The notes: generated by a model not told the origin, from the letters alone. Counted from the first letter of the stretch, positions 18,362-28,465 are shown. The stretch is DNA of 64,000 nt from Bacilli bacterium (GCA_017462455.1 JAFTRC010000056.1:12078-76077), one strand, 5' to 3'. A program made the numbers and translations.

Positions 18362-19021
18362 ATGAAAAAATATATATTGTTTTTAATTATTGCTTTATTC
18401 ACTTTTTATGATGTTAATGCTTTAAGTTATGGTGGATGTGATTATTCTGTCATATCTAGACTAAAATCTTTAGTTACTAATGTAAATACAACATATGATT
18501 ATCATATGGAAAATAATACTCCTGTTTTTGATTTAACTATAACTAATGTAACTTCAGATATGTATTTTGTTGACAGTATAACTGATAGAACTTATTATTA
18601 TAGTGACACTAATAATGGTGAGATAACTATATATGGATATAATGTTAGTTCTGGAAATTTGAGATTTTATTCAAATGTTGGAGAGTGTTATGGAGTTAAA
18701 TTAGGGACAAAATATTATAATTTTCCTAAATATAATATTTATTATAATAATTCTCTTTGCTCTGATATACCAAATTTTAGTTTGTGTCAAAAATGGATTG
18801 ATGTAAATTACTCATATTCGGAGTTTAAAAAATTAGTTTTAGAGTATAAAAATAAACAAATAGATCAGGAAGAACAAATACAAGTAGAATATCAAAAAGG
18901 TTTATTTGATAAGCTGATAGAGTTTTATGTAAATTATTATTACATTATTTTAGGATTAATTATTATAGTATGTGGAATTGTTATATTTATAAAAAGTAGA
19001 AATAATAAATTTAATTTATAA
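18362..19021 (+). CDS. secreted Cys-containing protein with C-terminal TM anchor, unknown function
   Basis: Signal peptide MKKYILFLIIALFTFYDVNA and C-terminal helix YYIILGLIIIVCGIVIFI. Confidence 0.55.
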   Translation: MKKYILFLIIALFTFYDVNALSYGGCDYSVISRLKSLVTNVNTTYDYHMENNTPVFDLTITNVTSDMYFVDSITDRTYYYSDTNNGEITIYGYNVSSGNLRFYSNVGECYGVKLGTKYYNFPKYNIYYNNSLCSDIPNFSLCQKWIDVNYSYSEFKKLVLEYKNKQIDQEEQIQVEYQKGLFDKLIEFYVNYYYIILGLIIIVCGIVIFIKSRNNKFNL

Positions 19022-19111
19022 ATATTGGTTGTTAAAAAAAATAAAATGTGATAAAATTGTTATGTATAGTAGAGGCTATATTATTTTGCGTATGTATAGG
19101 TGGGTGATAAC

Positions 19112-19513
19112 TTGAAAGAGTCCATGTGGGGATATGCTGTTATTGTTCTTGGTGTGCTTGCAGTTGGAATCATTTGGTTCTTTGCAAATGTTACTAAAAC
19201 GGATCAGCACAATTATAACTTACTCAAAGAAACAGTAGAAGCGGCAATGATAGACTCAGTTGATATATCTTATTATAGGGCTGAAGGTGAAGTTAGGATT
19301 ATAGAAGAAAATTTTGTTGCTAATTTCATTCGTAGATTTGCAGAAAATGCTGATTTATCAAATGAATACAAAATCGAAATATTTGATGTTAATGAAATAC
19401 CACCTAAGGTAAGCTTGAGAATATCAAGTAGAAATAAAACTAGTGCAACAGGCGAAGTTGTGGAATTTAATATAGTTAATAATATAGATGCTATAATAGA
19501 AACAAAATATTAG
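19112..19513 (+). CDS. small N-terminally anchored protein, pilin/pseudopilin-like (probable TTG start)
   Basis: AGGTGGGTGA RBS precedes the TTG at 19112, giving MKESMWGYAVIVLGVLAVGIIWFF. The leader resembles those of the ORFs at 23354, 23623 and 24114. Confidence 0.5.
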   Translation: MKESMWGYAVIVLGVLAVGIIWFFANVTKTDQHNYNLLKETVEAAMIDSVDISYYRAEGEVRIIEENFVANFIRRFAENADLSNEYKIEIFDVNEIPPKVSLRISSRNKTSATGEVVEFNIVNNIDAIIETKY

Positions 19514-19533
19514 AAATAGAAAGAGGTTATATT

Positions 19534-20391
19534 ATGAATAATTTTGTTATAGGTTTAAAAAGATTTTTTACAAATAAGAATGTAGTTACAATATTACTTG
19601 TTTTAGTTATATTGGTAGTTCTTTATTTTGGATATAGTTCAAGTATAAAGAAACAAACTCAACCTGTAAATGTACCTGTGGCTGCTAGAACTATAGGGGC
19701 ACAAACAGAAATTACAAGTGAGGATGTAACTTATAAACAAGTAGCTAGCCGTATGGTTGATACAAATGTTATACGTTCATCTGCTTTAATAATTGGAAAA
19801 TATACTAATGTAAATGTTACAATACCAGAAGGTAGTGTATTCTATCAAGAATGGTTGGCTGAAGCAGAAGATGTTCCTGGAAACTGGATTGAACAATTAG
19901 ATTATGAAAAAGGTGAACTTGGATATTATATGGATGTTACTGTAGAAAGTACATTAGGAAATAATGTTTTACCAAATTCTTATATTGATATGTATATGAA
20001 AGCTACTGATGAAAATGGAACTATTATGTTTGGTAAATTAATGAAAAATGTAAAAGTATTGGTAGTACATGATGGAAGTGGTAAAAATGTATTTGCTAAT
20101 TCAACAGAAATAGGAAGTCCTTCTAAAATAGGATTTGCAGTAAATCAAGATATGTATATATTACTTAAAAAAGCTGATTATTTAAATATTGATTTAGTAA
20201 TTGCACCACGTGGAGCTACTGTTCCAACTGAAGATTATGTAATTGTTACAAGTGCTACTTTAAGAGATTATATAGATGCACAAACTATTACAGTTGAAGA
20301 AGATATTATTGTTGAAGAAATTCCAGAGGATAATACACAAACTAATGATGAGACTGCTACAGATAATCAAAATACAACTGTAACAGAATAG
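19534..20391 (+). CDS. CpaB/RcpC-like Flp pilus assembly protein (N-terminal TM + SAF-like domain)
   Basis: TM helix, then PVNVPVAARTIGAQTEITSEDVTYKQV, as at the start of CpaB SAF domains. Positioned directly upstream of the ATPase. Confidence 0.6.
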   Translation: MNNFVIGLKRFFTNKNVVTILLVLVILVVLYFGYSSSIKKQTQPVNVPVAARTIGAQTEITSEDVTYKQVASRMVDTNVIRSSALIIGKYTNVNVTIPEGSVFYQEWLAEAEDVPGNWIEQLDYEKGELGYYMDVTVESTLGNNVLPNSYIDMYMKATDENGTIMFGKLMKNVKVLVVHDGSGKNVFANSTEIGSPSKIGFAVNQDMYILLKKADYLNIDLVIAPRGATVPTEDYVIVTSATLRDYIDAQTITVEEDIIVEEIPEDNTQTNDETATDNQNTTVTE

Positions 20392-20400
20392 AAGGTTAAA

Positions 20401-21579
20401 ATGCACGATAACATTTTCGAGGGGATGGACTTTGGTCCGTTAAAAGAATATTTAGAAAATGATGATATTACCGATATTTCTTATAGCAATAATGGGCAAG
20501 TGTGGTTAAAAACTTTATCTAAAGGTATATTTAGAGTAGATAATCCTGCAATAAATAATAACTTTATAGAAAAGTTAGCTTTCCAATGTTCGAATGTTAT
20601 GGGTAAAAGTTTCAATGCTGCTCATCCATTTCTGGACAGCGAAAGTGCTGAATTACGTATGAATTTTGTGCACGATTCTATAGCTAGAAATGGTATTGCT
20701 TGCGTTATTCGTAAGACACCGGCTAAGATACGTTTGGAAAGAAATAAAATTTTACAAGAAAAATATGTAACAGAAGATATATTAGATTTCTTAATAACTT
20801 GTGTACATGGGCATTGTAATATAATAGTATGTGGAGAAACTGGTAGTGGTAAAACGGAATTTGTAAAATTCTTAGCTGCTCATACGTATGAAAATGAAAA
20901 GTTAATTACAATAGAAGATACACTTGAGTTACACCTTGATAGAATATATCCTAATCGTGATATAGTAGCTATGAAAACTAATAATATAGCAAGTTATTCA
21001 GATGTACTTGTTACTTGTATGAGACAGAATCCAAAATGGATTTTGTTATCGGAGGTTCGTAGTGCGGAAGCTGTAATGGCTGTTAGAAACTCAATTTCAT
21101 CAGGGCATTACATTTTATCAACAATCCATGCTGATAAAGCTGCTTCTATACCAAACCGTATGTATAGTTTGTTAGAAACCAATCAAGATATAGATCAATT
21201 CTTAAAATCTATTTATAGATATATACAATTAGGTGTATATATACGTGGTTATCAAGATAAAGTAACTAAGAAATTCGTAAGAGAGATAGCTGAAGTTACA
21301 GAATTTTATGTAACAGAAGATAATGAAGCAAAATATAATACTCTTTACAAAAAGACACCAGATGGTGCAATATATAGAAAAAATCCTAGTAAGTATTTAG
21401 TTGAGTACTTAGAAGCTCAAGGAACTAAATTACCTCAAGGATTTATAAAAGCTGAATATGATGAAGATAAAGATGGTGGAGAAAGTGCTGATGAATTAGT
21501 TAAAGATACAATGAATGTTGTACCACCAACTAATACAGTACCACAAACACCTCAACAAAACGAAATAATTTTCGAATAG
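20401..21579 (+). CDS. CpaF/TadA-type secretion ATPase (T2SS/T4SS E family, VirB11-related)
   Basis: Walker A VCGETGSGKTE, Walker B-like KWILLSEVR, and His-box GHYILSTIHA. Confidence 0.85.
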   Translation: MHDNIFEGMDFGPLKEYLENDDITDISYSNNGQVWLKTLSKGIFRVDNPAINNNFIEKLAFQCSNVMGKSFNAAHPFLDSESAELRMNFVHDSIARNGIACVIRKTPAKIRLERNKILQEKYVTEDILDFLITCVHGHCNIIVCGETGSGKTEFVKFLAAHTYENEKLITIEDTLELHLDRIYPNRDIVAMKTNNIASYSDVLVTCMRQNPKWILLSEVRSAEAVMAVRNSISSGHYILSTIHADKAASIPNRMYSLLETNQDIDQFLKSIYRYIQLGVYIRGYQDKVTKKFVREIAEVTEFYVTEDNEAKYNTLYKKTPDGAIYRKNPSKYLVEYLEAQGTKLPQGFIKAEYDEDKDGGESADELVKDTMNVVPPTNTVPQTPQQNEIIFE

Positions 21580-21590
21580 GAGGGGAAAAT

Positions 21591-22493
21591 ATGAATACGA
21601 CTTTACTTTTTATTATAGTTGCTGCACTACTTATATTTTTAATAATATATAGAAGTAGTGTTGGAGAACAAACTTATAAGTATCTTAAGGTACAAGGTGG
21701 TAAATTATATAGTAAAGTTGCTCCTTATACATATAAAGAAATTAGAAAGAAAATTAAAGATTTAGGGCAAGATTATACAGTTCAACAATATATTGGACAG
21801 GTATTGTTGTTTGCGGCTGGTGGAGGTATAATTACATATTTATATTTCTATAACATAATTGTATCTATAATATATGCTGTAGTTGCAGTAACTGTTGTTC
21901 CTTATATTAATTATTTAAGATGTAAAAGACTTTATAGTGAATTTGTTTTTGAACAAATACAAGTTTATACTACTAACGTTATAATGGAATTTGCCACTAC
22001 TCAAAGTTTTGTTAAAGCTTTGGAGGGGGTATATTCTTCTGGAGTTTTAGAAGATCCTGTAAAAGAAGATGTTAAGGCTATGATTGATATGGCATATGAA
22101 AATGGAACTATAAATCAATCATTAGAATATATGAATGAAAAATATGATTATTATATGGTTAGAAATATGCATCAATTATTCCTTCAAATAACAAATGAAG
22201 GTTCTAAGGATGCTAGTGAATCTTTAGAAAACATGTCACAAGACATAGATATGCTTGTTGAAAATGTTTATAGAGATAGACTTGACAGAGCTGCGTTCTA
22301 TAAAAAATTTATTACTTTTGGTTTGATTTTATATTTAATGATAGGTTTAGTACAAATAATGTTAGGTGATACGTATCATCAAATGTTAGACTTGTGGTAT
22401 GTAAATTTATTATTACACCTAATAGTAATAATTAATTCTTACTTCTTATTAGCAGGAACAAAATATTATAATGAGAATGTGGGGGCTGAATAA
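21591..22493 (+). CDS. TadB-like platform membrane protein (T2SS F-family-like)
   Basis: 300 aa with an N-terminal TM, central helices, a helical cytoplasmic region and C-terminal TMs. Position immediately after the ATPase is the main argument. Confidence 0.5.
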   Translation: MNTTLLFIIVAALLIFLIIYRSSVGEQTYKYLKVQGGKLYSKVAPYTYKEIRKKIKDLGQDYTVQQYIGQVLLFAAGGGIITYLYFYNIIVSIIYAVVAVTVVPYINYLRCKRLYSEFVFEQIQVYTTNVIMEFATTQSFVKALEGVYSSGVLEDPVKEDVKAMIDMAYENGTINQSLEYMNEKYDYYMVRNMHQLFLQITNEGSKDASESLENMSQDIDMLVENVYRDRLDRAAFYKKFITFGLILYLMIGLVQIMLGDTYHQMLDLWYVNLLLHLIVIINSYFLLAGTKYYNENVGAE

Positions 22494-23284
22494 TGGAGTT
22501 TTTAATAGTAGCAATCGCAGTAATAATTATATTTATTTATAATAGTATAATAGATACTAAAAGTATTTTAGGACAAGTTAATCCTTTTTTAAGAAAATTT
22601 ATGGAAAAGGATTATGAGTTTTTACTTAGAGTTAAATATAAAGATAAAGACTTAGATGTAAATGCCTTGTTTTCTAGAAGAATAAGAGACGGAGTTTTAA
22701 TAACTATGGTAGTTATATTTATGTTAGCTATTACAGGTTATTTAACTTATATGTATGCGCTTTTAGCATTTGTAGCAGGATTTGTAGTATTTAAAAGTGG
22801 ATATACTAAATTAAAAAATTATTATAAAGCAAGATTACATTATATGGATTCTATGCTTCCATATTATTTAAAGAGTTTGGAAATTTTAGTACAACACTAT
22901 ACAGTTCCAGTAGCTCTTTCAAGAAGTATAGATACAGCTCCTGAAATATTTAGACCTGGTCTTAGAACTTTGGTAGCTAAAATAGATGAAGGAGATTCAA
23001 CTATTCAACCATATATTGATTTTGCTAATGAATATCCAGTTAGAGATTCTATGAGAATGATGAGACTTTTATATAGATTAGGTTTAGGTTCTCAAGAAGA
23101 TAAGCATGAGCAAATAATGATGTTTTCTAGAACAGTATCGTCATTACAAAATAAAGCTCGTGAACAAAAATACAAAGATCGTCTAGAGTCTATGGAAAAA
23201 AGAACCATGATGATGTTATTCGTAACAGGTGGAGGAGTAATTTTAGTTCTATTCCTATCAATGACAATAATGATGGGAATCTAA
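22493..23284 (+). CDS. TadC-like platform membrane protein (T2SS F-family-like)
   Basis: Same architecture as the preceding gene, with start and stop overlapping (ATGA-type junction). Confidence 0.5.
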   Translation: MEFLIVAIAVIIIFIYNSIIDTKSILGQVNPFLRKFMEKDYEFLLRVKYKDKDLDVNALFSRRIRDGVLITMVVIFMLAITGYLTYMYALLAFVAGFVVFKSGYTKLKNYYKARLHYMDSMLPYYLKSLEILVQHYTVPVALSRSIDTAPEIFRPGLRTLVAKIDEGDSTIQPYIDFANEYPVRDSMRMMRLLYRLGLGSQEDKHEQIMMFSRTVSSLQNKAREQKYKDRLESMEKRTMMMLFVTGGGVILVLFLSMTIMMGI

Positions 23285-23353
23285 TTTATTGATAATTAAG
23301 TTTAAATTGTGTTATAATAAAAATGTATAGATAGTGAAAGTAGGTGAGGATGA

Positions 23354-23599
23354 ATGAAAGAAGCAGCAGGAGAAGCAAATATGACAGTAATAACAATAGT
23401 TTTAATCGCAATAGTACTTGCAGTTGGTACAATTATAGTAAATAGAATGATGAATAGTTCTGAAAGAAGTTCTTGTTGTGCGTCAGTTGGTGGAGAAGTA
23501 AATGGTAGAAATTGCCAACTACCTAATGGAACAGTATTACAAGAGAATGACGCTAATAATGCTTATGGTGCATGTTTAGCTGATAATGAACAACAATAA
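23354..23599 (+). CDS. small pilin-like protein (leader MKEAAG + hydrophobic helix + 4-Cys head)
   Basis: MKEAAGEANMTVITIVLIAIVLAVGTIIV. 81 aa with a good RBS (AGGTGAGGA). Confidence 0.55.
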   Translation: MKEAAGEANMTVITIVLIAIVLAVGTIIVNRMMNSSERSSCCASVGGEVNGRNCQLPNGTVLQENDANNAYGACLADNEQQ

Positions 23600-23622
23600 A
23601 ATAATTTAGGAGGAAATAATGT

Positions 23623-24102
23623 ATGAAGGAAAGCGTAGGATATACAGTTACACTAAATATTGTAATAATGTTTATTATAATTGTTTTTGCTTTCCTTTCT
23701 GCAGCTCTTATATATTTTAAAAGCAATAAGATTGGAAATGTTATTGTAAATTCTGTTGAAAAATATGAAGGGTATAATAGCTATGCTATAAGTGAGATAG
23801 ATAAAAATATGAGTTCTTTAGGATATAATAAAGGATCAATTGAAAATTCTTGTGCTAGAAAATCACAAATAAAAGATGGTGACGTTACTTGTAATCTTAC
23901 AACTAATACTTTTGGTAAAGGAGTAAATGGTTATTGTATTTATCTTTGTGAATCTTCAAGTAATGATAAGGATAAAGGTAAGTATTATTATTATAGAATT
24001 AGAACTAATATGATGATTAATATTCCAATAATAAATGATTTATTGAATATTCCAATATATTCTAATACCAATAGGTTATATGATTTTGAAAACAATTTAT
24101 AG
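23623..24102 (+). CDS. TadE-like pseudopilin candidate
   Basis: MKESVGYTVTLNIVIMFIIIVFAF. Paralogous to the next ORF (shared EKY.GY, GY.YC.Y, YYY, IP.I.DL.N.P). Confidence 0.5.
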   Translation: MKESVGYTVTLNIVIMFIIIVFAFLSAALIYFKSNKIGNVIVNSVEKYEGYNSYAISEIDKNMSSLGYNKGSIENSCARKSQIKDGDVTCNLTTNTFGKGVNGYCIYLCESSSNDKDKGKYYYYRIRTNMMINIPIINDLLNIPIYSNTNRLYDFENNL

Positions 24103-24113
24103 GATGTGATATA

Positions 24114-24533
24114 ATGAGAGAGGCAATAGGAAGTAGTTTATTGTTAAATATAGTTGTTGTTTTTGTATCTTTAATAATACTATTTTTTGTTGGTATCTTA
24201 TCTTATACAAAAGCTTATAAAGCTAAAAATAGAATAATTGATGTTATCGAAAAGTATGGAACTTATAGTGAAGTTCCAGAAACTCAAGATGCTAGTGATG
24301 AAATAATTTCTTCATTAAGTGAAATGGGATATCAATTAGGTGCTTGTAAAAACACAAGTGGTAATTTAAATAATACCGGATATAAATATTGTGTATACAG
24401 AATTGAATCTAGTGAAGGATACTACTATAAGGTAACTACTTATATTCAATTTTATTTTCCTATAATAGGGGATTTATTTAATCCACCTGTATCAGGAGAA
24501 ACTAAAATATTAGGTAAGAGTTATAATTATTAA
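24114..24533 (+). CDS. TadE-like pseudopilin candidate (paralog)
   Basis: MREAIGSSLLLNIVVVFVSLIILFF. Paralog of the 23623 ORF. Confidence 0.5.
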   Translation: MREAIGSSLLLNIVVVFVSLIILFFVGILSYTKAYKAKNRIIDVIEKYGTYSEVPETQDASDEIISSLSEMGYQLGACKNTSGNLNNTGYKYCVYRIESSEGYYYKVTTYIQFYFPIIGDLFNPPVSGETKILGKSYNY

Positions 24534-24550
24534 GAAAAGGGGAAATACCA

Positions 24551-25552
24551 ATGAATGTAATTGTATCGAATAAAAATCAATTGTTATTAGAAAATCTTGG
24601 AATAGATATTATAAAAGAAATGAATGGTGAATTTCAAGTAGATGAGATAATTGCAACTTTTCAAAATTTCTTTTATCAAAGAATGATACTTGACATAACT
24701 GCAATTAAGAATTATACTGATATCACTAACTTGCAAAAATTGTCAATTTCTTTAGATATGGAAAAAATTATACTTTTATTAGATGGTACAGAAGCAACTA
24801 GTAATCCTACTTTTATATCTAATTTAGTATCTATGGGAATTTATAATTTTACTAAAAATGTAGAAGGTATTCAGTATTTATATAATACTCCAAATACTTA
24901 TCGAGATGTTGCTCAGTTTCACAGGCTAGATGCTACTTTTGGAAATGCTAATATGGCAAAGCCAAATCCACAAGCTCAGTATATGGCACCTGTAGTAGAG
25001 GAAGCACCTCAACCAGAATTTTATGGTACAAGGGTTATAGGAGTAAAAAATATTACTAAACAATCTGGAGCTAGTAGTTTAGTTTATATGATGAAAAATG
25101 AATTAAGTAAAAATTATAGTGTAGTAGCTATAGAAGTTGATAAGACTGATTTTACTTATTTTAGAGATAAATCACTTGTATCTACTATTACTAGTGAAAT
25201 TGGAAGTGTTATAAATAAACATAAAGATAAAAATGTTATAATTATTGATATAAATAACAGTATAGTGGCTGAAGGCTTTTGCCAAGATGTTATATATTTG
25301 ATAGAACCATCAATAATTAAATTACAAAAACTTATGACTTTGAATGCTGCTGCATTGCAAGGGTTAAAAGATAAAAAGATAGTATTAAACCAAAGTTTAC
25401 TTAGTTCTAGTGAGGTTGCTAATTTTGAATATGAAGCAAGGGTAAAAGTATTTTATAATTTAGTACCTTTAAATGAAAGATCCAAAAACTTACCTGAGTT
25501 AAATAAATTATTAGTTAAATTGGGGTTTAGTAAACAGCAAAGCCTAATGTAG
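24551..25552 (+). CDS. TadZ/CpaE-like protein (receiver-like N-domain + ParA/MinD-like domain with degenerate P-loop)
   Basis: Architecture and position match. GVKNITKQSGASSLVYMM occupies the place of the deviant Walker A (KGGxGKT is not conserved). Confidence 0.45.
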   Translation: MNVIVSNKNQLLLENLGIDIIKEMNGEFQVDEIIATFQNFFYQRMILDITAIKNYTDITNLQKLSISLDMEKIILLLDGTEATSNPTFISNLVSMGIYNFTKNVEGIQYLYNTPNTYRDVAQFHRLDATFGNANMAKPNPQAQYMAPVVEEAPQPEFYGTRVIGVKNITKQSGASSLVYMMKNELSKNYSVVAIEVDKTDFTYFRDKSLVSTITSEIGSVINKHKDKNVIIIDINNSIVAEGFCQDVIYLIEPSIIKLQKLMTLNAAALQGLKDKKIVLNQSLLSSSEVANFEYEARVKVFYNLVPLNERSKNLPELNKLLVKLGFSKQQSLM

Positions 25553-25562
25553 GGGGAAAATT

Positions 25563-26000
25563 ATGAAGAAAAATGTATTAAAAATTTGTTTGTTTTTGCT
25601 AATTAGCTTTATTTTTATTGACTTTGTTGGCGCAGAGACGTATACTAATAACTATACGAAAGGAATAACTAGTTGTGGAAATAATCTTTTAACAGATATT
25701 CCAACTCTAGTACCTCAAATTATTAGTATAATATATACCGTAATACAAATAGCTGTACCTGTTGTTTTAGTTATAATGGGATCTCTTGATTTAATGAAGG
25801 GAATAACAGCAGGTAAAGATGATGAAATAAAAAAAGGTCAACAAATGTTTATAAAGAGACTTATAGCAGCAGCTTTAATATTCTTTGTATTTATAATAGT
25901 TAAATTAGTTGTAAGTTTAGCTAATGATGAATCAAGGACAAAGACTAATAAAATTATGAATTGTGCTAATTGTTTCATAAGAAATGAATGTGGAAATTAG
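25563..26000 (+). CDS. helical-hairpin pilin-like protein, family member A (VirB2/TrbC-like topology)
   Basis: Signal peptide, then the core IQIAVPVVLVIMGSLDLMKGITAGKDDEIKKGQQMFIKRLIAAALIFFVF and the tail CANCFIRNEC. Confidence 0.6.
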   Translation: MKKNVLKICLFLLISFIFIDFVGAETYTNNYTKGITSCGNNLLTDIPTLVPQIISIIYTVIQIAVPVVLVIMGSLDLMKGITAGKDDEIKKGQQMFIKRLIAAALIFFVFIIVKLVVSLANDESRTKTNKIMNCANCFIRNECGN

Positions 26001-26008
26001 GTGATTTG

Positions 26009-26776
26009 ATGAAGAAAAATAAATTAATATTTATCTTAGTTTTTACTGTTGTTATAGTGATGTTTGGGATAGGAAATGTAACTGCAAGAGAAAAATTGAC
26101 TTGTGTTTATGAGCAAATAACACCTGAGAACACGCAAATGATAACGTATGAAGTGCGAACTACATATGAACTTGTATATGAATTGAGTTCGTCAGATAGT
26201 AAGTTGCTTAAAGTTACAGTTTGCCATAAAATTCCTGAAAAGGAAAAATGTATAAAACAATGTGAAAGGGATACAGATTCGGAAACCTGTGCAAAAAATG
26301 TGTGCGTAGATTCTTGTTCTGATGGATCACTAACTGCATTTTCGACTGAACTCAAAGAAGGAGATGATTGTCCTGATATAGGAAGTAATGATTTTTATGC
26401 TAAAATATTAAAATCATATAAGCGTGAGTTTGTTGCTAAAGTAAATTGTGGAAATATAAAAAAAATACCACAAAAAATTCCAAAACTTACGAGTTTGGCA
26501 TTTACAATAATACAAATAGCTGTTCCAATTTTATTAGTTCTAATGGGTTCAATTGATTTATTTAAAGGAATAACAGCTGGTAAAGAAGATGAAATGAAAA
26601 AGGGTCAACAAATGTTTATAAAAAGACTTGTAGTAGGTGCTTTAATATTTTTTGTAATTGCTATAGTTAAATTGTTAGTAAGTGTGGTTGCTAATGCAAG
26701 TGACACTGCTAATATATCTAGCTGCATATCATGCTTTATGAGTAATGATTGTACAGAGTCTGTTGAGGAATCATAA
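26009..26776 (+). CDS. helical-hairpin pilin-like protein, member B, with ~140-aa Cys-rich N-terminal ectodomain
   Basis: Start moved to ATG 26009 (AGGTGA RBS). Core IQIAVPILLVLMGSIDLFKGITAGKEDEMKKGQQMFIKRL and tail CISCFMSNDC. Confidence 0.6.
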   Translation: MKKNKLIFILVFTVVIVMFGIGNVTAREKLTCVYEQITPENTQMITYEVRTTYELVYELSSSDSKLLKVTVCHKIPEKEKCIKQCERDTDSETCAKNVCVDSCSDGSLTAFSTELKEGDDCPDIGSNDFYAKILKSYKREFVAKVNCGNIKKIPQKIPKLTSLAFTIIQIAVPILLVLMGSIDLFKGITAGKEDEMKKGQQMFIKRLVVGALIFFVIAIVKLLVSVVANASDTANISSCISCFMSNDCTESVEES

Positions 26777-26793
26777 AATAAGGAGGAGTAAGG

Positions 26794-27279
26794 ATGAAGA
26801 AGAAAGTTTTATTATTTATTGCAATTTTAGGATTAATTTTATGGGCTAATCCAGTATTAGCTATGGATATTTATTCTTGTGAAAGTTCTATAAAAGGTGT
26901 TTTGATAGATGCAAGAATACCACAAATTGTTAGTACAGTAATTACTGTTATAAAAATAGTGGTTCCTGTATTATTAGTTATTTTTGGTATGTTAGATTTA
27001 ATGAAGGGTATAGTAGCACAAAAAGATGACGAAATAAAAAAAGGTCAACAAATTTTTATAAAAAGATTAATTTCAGGGGCACTTGTATTCTTTGTGTTTA
27101 CGATTGTACAATTAATTATTAGTTTTGTTGCTGAAGATAGTGAGGAAACAAATATAATGACTTGTGCGAAATGTTTTATTAATGGTGATTGTACCTATAG
27201 ATTTGAAAATGCAACATCAAAAAAATGCCCAGATGGTACAATGATAGATGATACGAAGAAATTTTGCATAGAAAAATAA
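26794..27279 (+). CDS. helical-hairpin pilin-like protein, member C
   Basis: Core IKIVVPVLLVIFGMLDLMKGIVAQKDDEIKKGQQIFIKRL and tail CAKCFINGDC, plus an extra Cys-containing C-terminal extension. Confidence 0.6.
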   Translation: MKKKVLLFIAILGLILWANPVLAMDIYSCESSIKGVLIDARIPQIVSTVITVIKIVVPVLLVIFGMLDLMKGIVAQKDDEIKKGQQIFIKRLISGALVFFVFTIVQLIISFVAEDSEETNIMTCAKCFINGDCTYRFENATSKKCPDGTMIDDTKKFCIEK

Positions 27280-27290
27280 TAGGAGGGTTT

Positions 27291-28406
27291 ATGGTTAATG
27301 CTTTAAAAAAAATAGATAAAAAGTTTTTAATTGTGATAGGGTGTATAGTTTTCTTACCTATTGTTGTAATTATATTTTTGGCAATTATACAAGGGTGCTC
27401 TAATTTAAAAACAACACATGCAAAGTATGAGCAAAAGATGATTTCTGCAATGCAAAGTTACCTTGAAGATAAAGATAATAAGCCTACAAAAGAAGGGCAA
27501 TCTGTAACAGTTAAATTATCTAAACTTGTTGACGGCGAATATATAAAATCACCAGAAAAAGCTTTAGGTGATGATACTTGTTCTGGAAGTGTTACAGTTA
27601 GAAAAAATGGTTCTACTGTTGAGGAGAATAAAGGTGGATTTCTTAATTATACTGTTAGTTTAGAATGTGAAAATTATAAAACAAATTCATTAGAAAATTC
27701 ATTAATGAAAGATTTAGTAAGTGTTGGTTCTGGCTTATATAAACAGGGAAATGAATATGTATTTAAGGGTGACGATGTAGATAATTATATAACGTTTTTT
27801 GGAACTAGTTATAGAATAGTTAGTATGGATGATGATGGTATTGTAAAATTACTTAAAGCAGAGAGTGAATCTTCTGAAGATTATTGGGATATTAAGTATA
27901 ATGTAGATACTGGTAGTGCTACAGGGAAAAATATTTACGCTGATAGTGAAATAAATAAAACTTTAATAGAAATTTATAATAATCCTAAAAAATTTAGTGA
28001 AGAGTCAAAAAAACATTTGATTTCTAAAGATATTTGTGTAGGATCAAGAGATATAAATGATTTATCTTTTACTAGTAATCCTGAATGTTCATCTGTATTA
28101 GAAAATCAAGTGGTATCTTTGTTAGGCGTTACTGATTATGCTAATGCTAGTTTAGATCCTGATTGTGTAGATTTAAATTCTAAGTCTTGTAGGAATTATA
28201 ACTATATGAGAAAGTTATTCTTAGATAGTTGGACTTATACGGCTGTATCTAGTAATTCATATGAAGTATATTATATATATAATGGATTAATAAAACATCA
28301 ATCAGCAAATCAATTTGCGTCATATAGTCTAGTAATATATGTAGATGGTGATGAAATATTATCTTCTGGTGATGGCACAGAAAAATCACCTTATGTTATT
28401 AAATAG
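27291..28406 (+). CDS. N-terminally anchored extracytoplasmic protein, unknown function
   Basis: Start moved to ATG 27291 (GGAGGG RBS). TM helix FLIVIGCIVFLPIVVIIFLAII followed by about 340 aa with several Cys. Confidence 0.5.
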   Translation: MVNALKKIDKKFLIVIGCIVFLPIVVIIFLAIIQGCSNLKTTHAKYEQKMISAMQSYLEDKDNKPTKEGQSVTVKLSKLVDGEYIKSPEKALGDDTCSGSVTVRKNGSTVEENKGGFLNYTVSLECENYKTNSLENSLMKDLVSVGSGLYKQGNEYVFKGDDVDNYITFFGTSYRIVSMDDDGIVKLLKAESESSEDYWDIKYNVDTGSATGKNIYADSEINKTLIEIYNNPKKFSEESKKHLISKDICVGSRDINDLSFTSNPECSSVLENQVVSLLGVTDYANASLDPDCVDLNSKSCRNYNYMRKLFLDSWTYTAVSSNSYEVYYIYNGLIKHQSANQFASYSLVIYVDGDEILSSGDGTEKSPYVIK

Positions 28407-28465
28407 TATTGACTTTTAAAGAAACTAAATATATAATTATTTTAGAGATAGGAGGATAATGTATT

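Noticed and set aside
19100-21600. Apparently higher GC in the CpaB/CpaF-like region as a sign of foreign origin
   Set aside because: The impression is by eye only. Conserved ATPase genes are usually GC-richer than neighbours in AT-rich genomes. No computation was possible.
23354-23599. Calling the 81-aa protein a canonical Flp pilin
   Set aside because: The G/xxxxEY Flp motif is absent. Only the general layout of leader plus hydrophobic helix is present, so it is reported as pilin-like only.
26107-26355. 82-aa minus-strand ORF
   Set aside because: It is antisense to hairpin-family member B.
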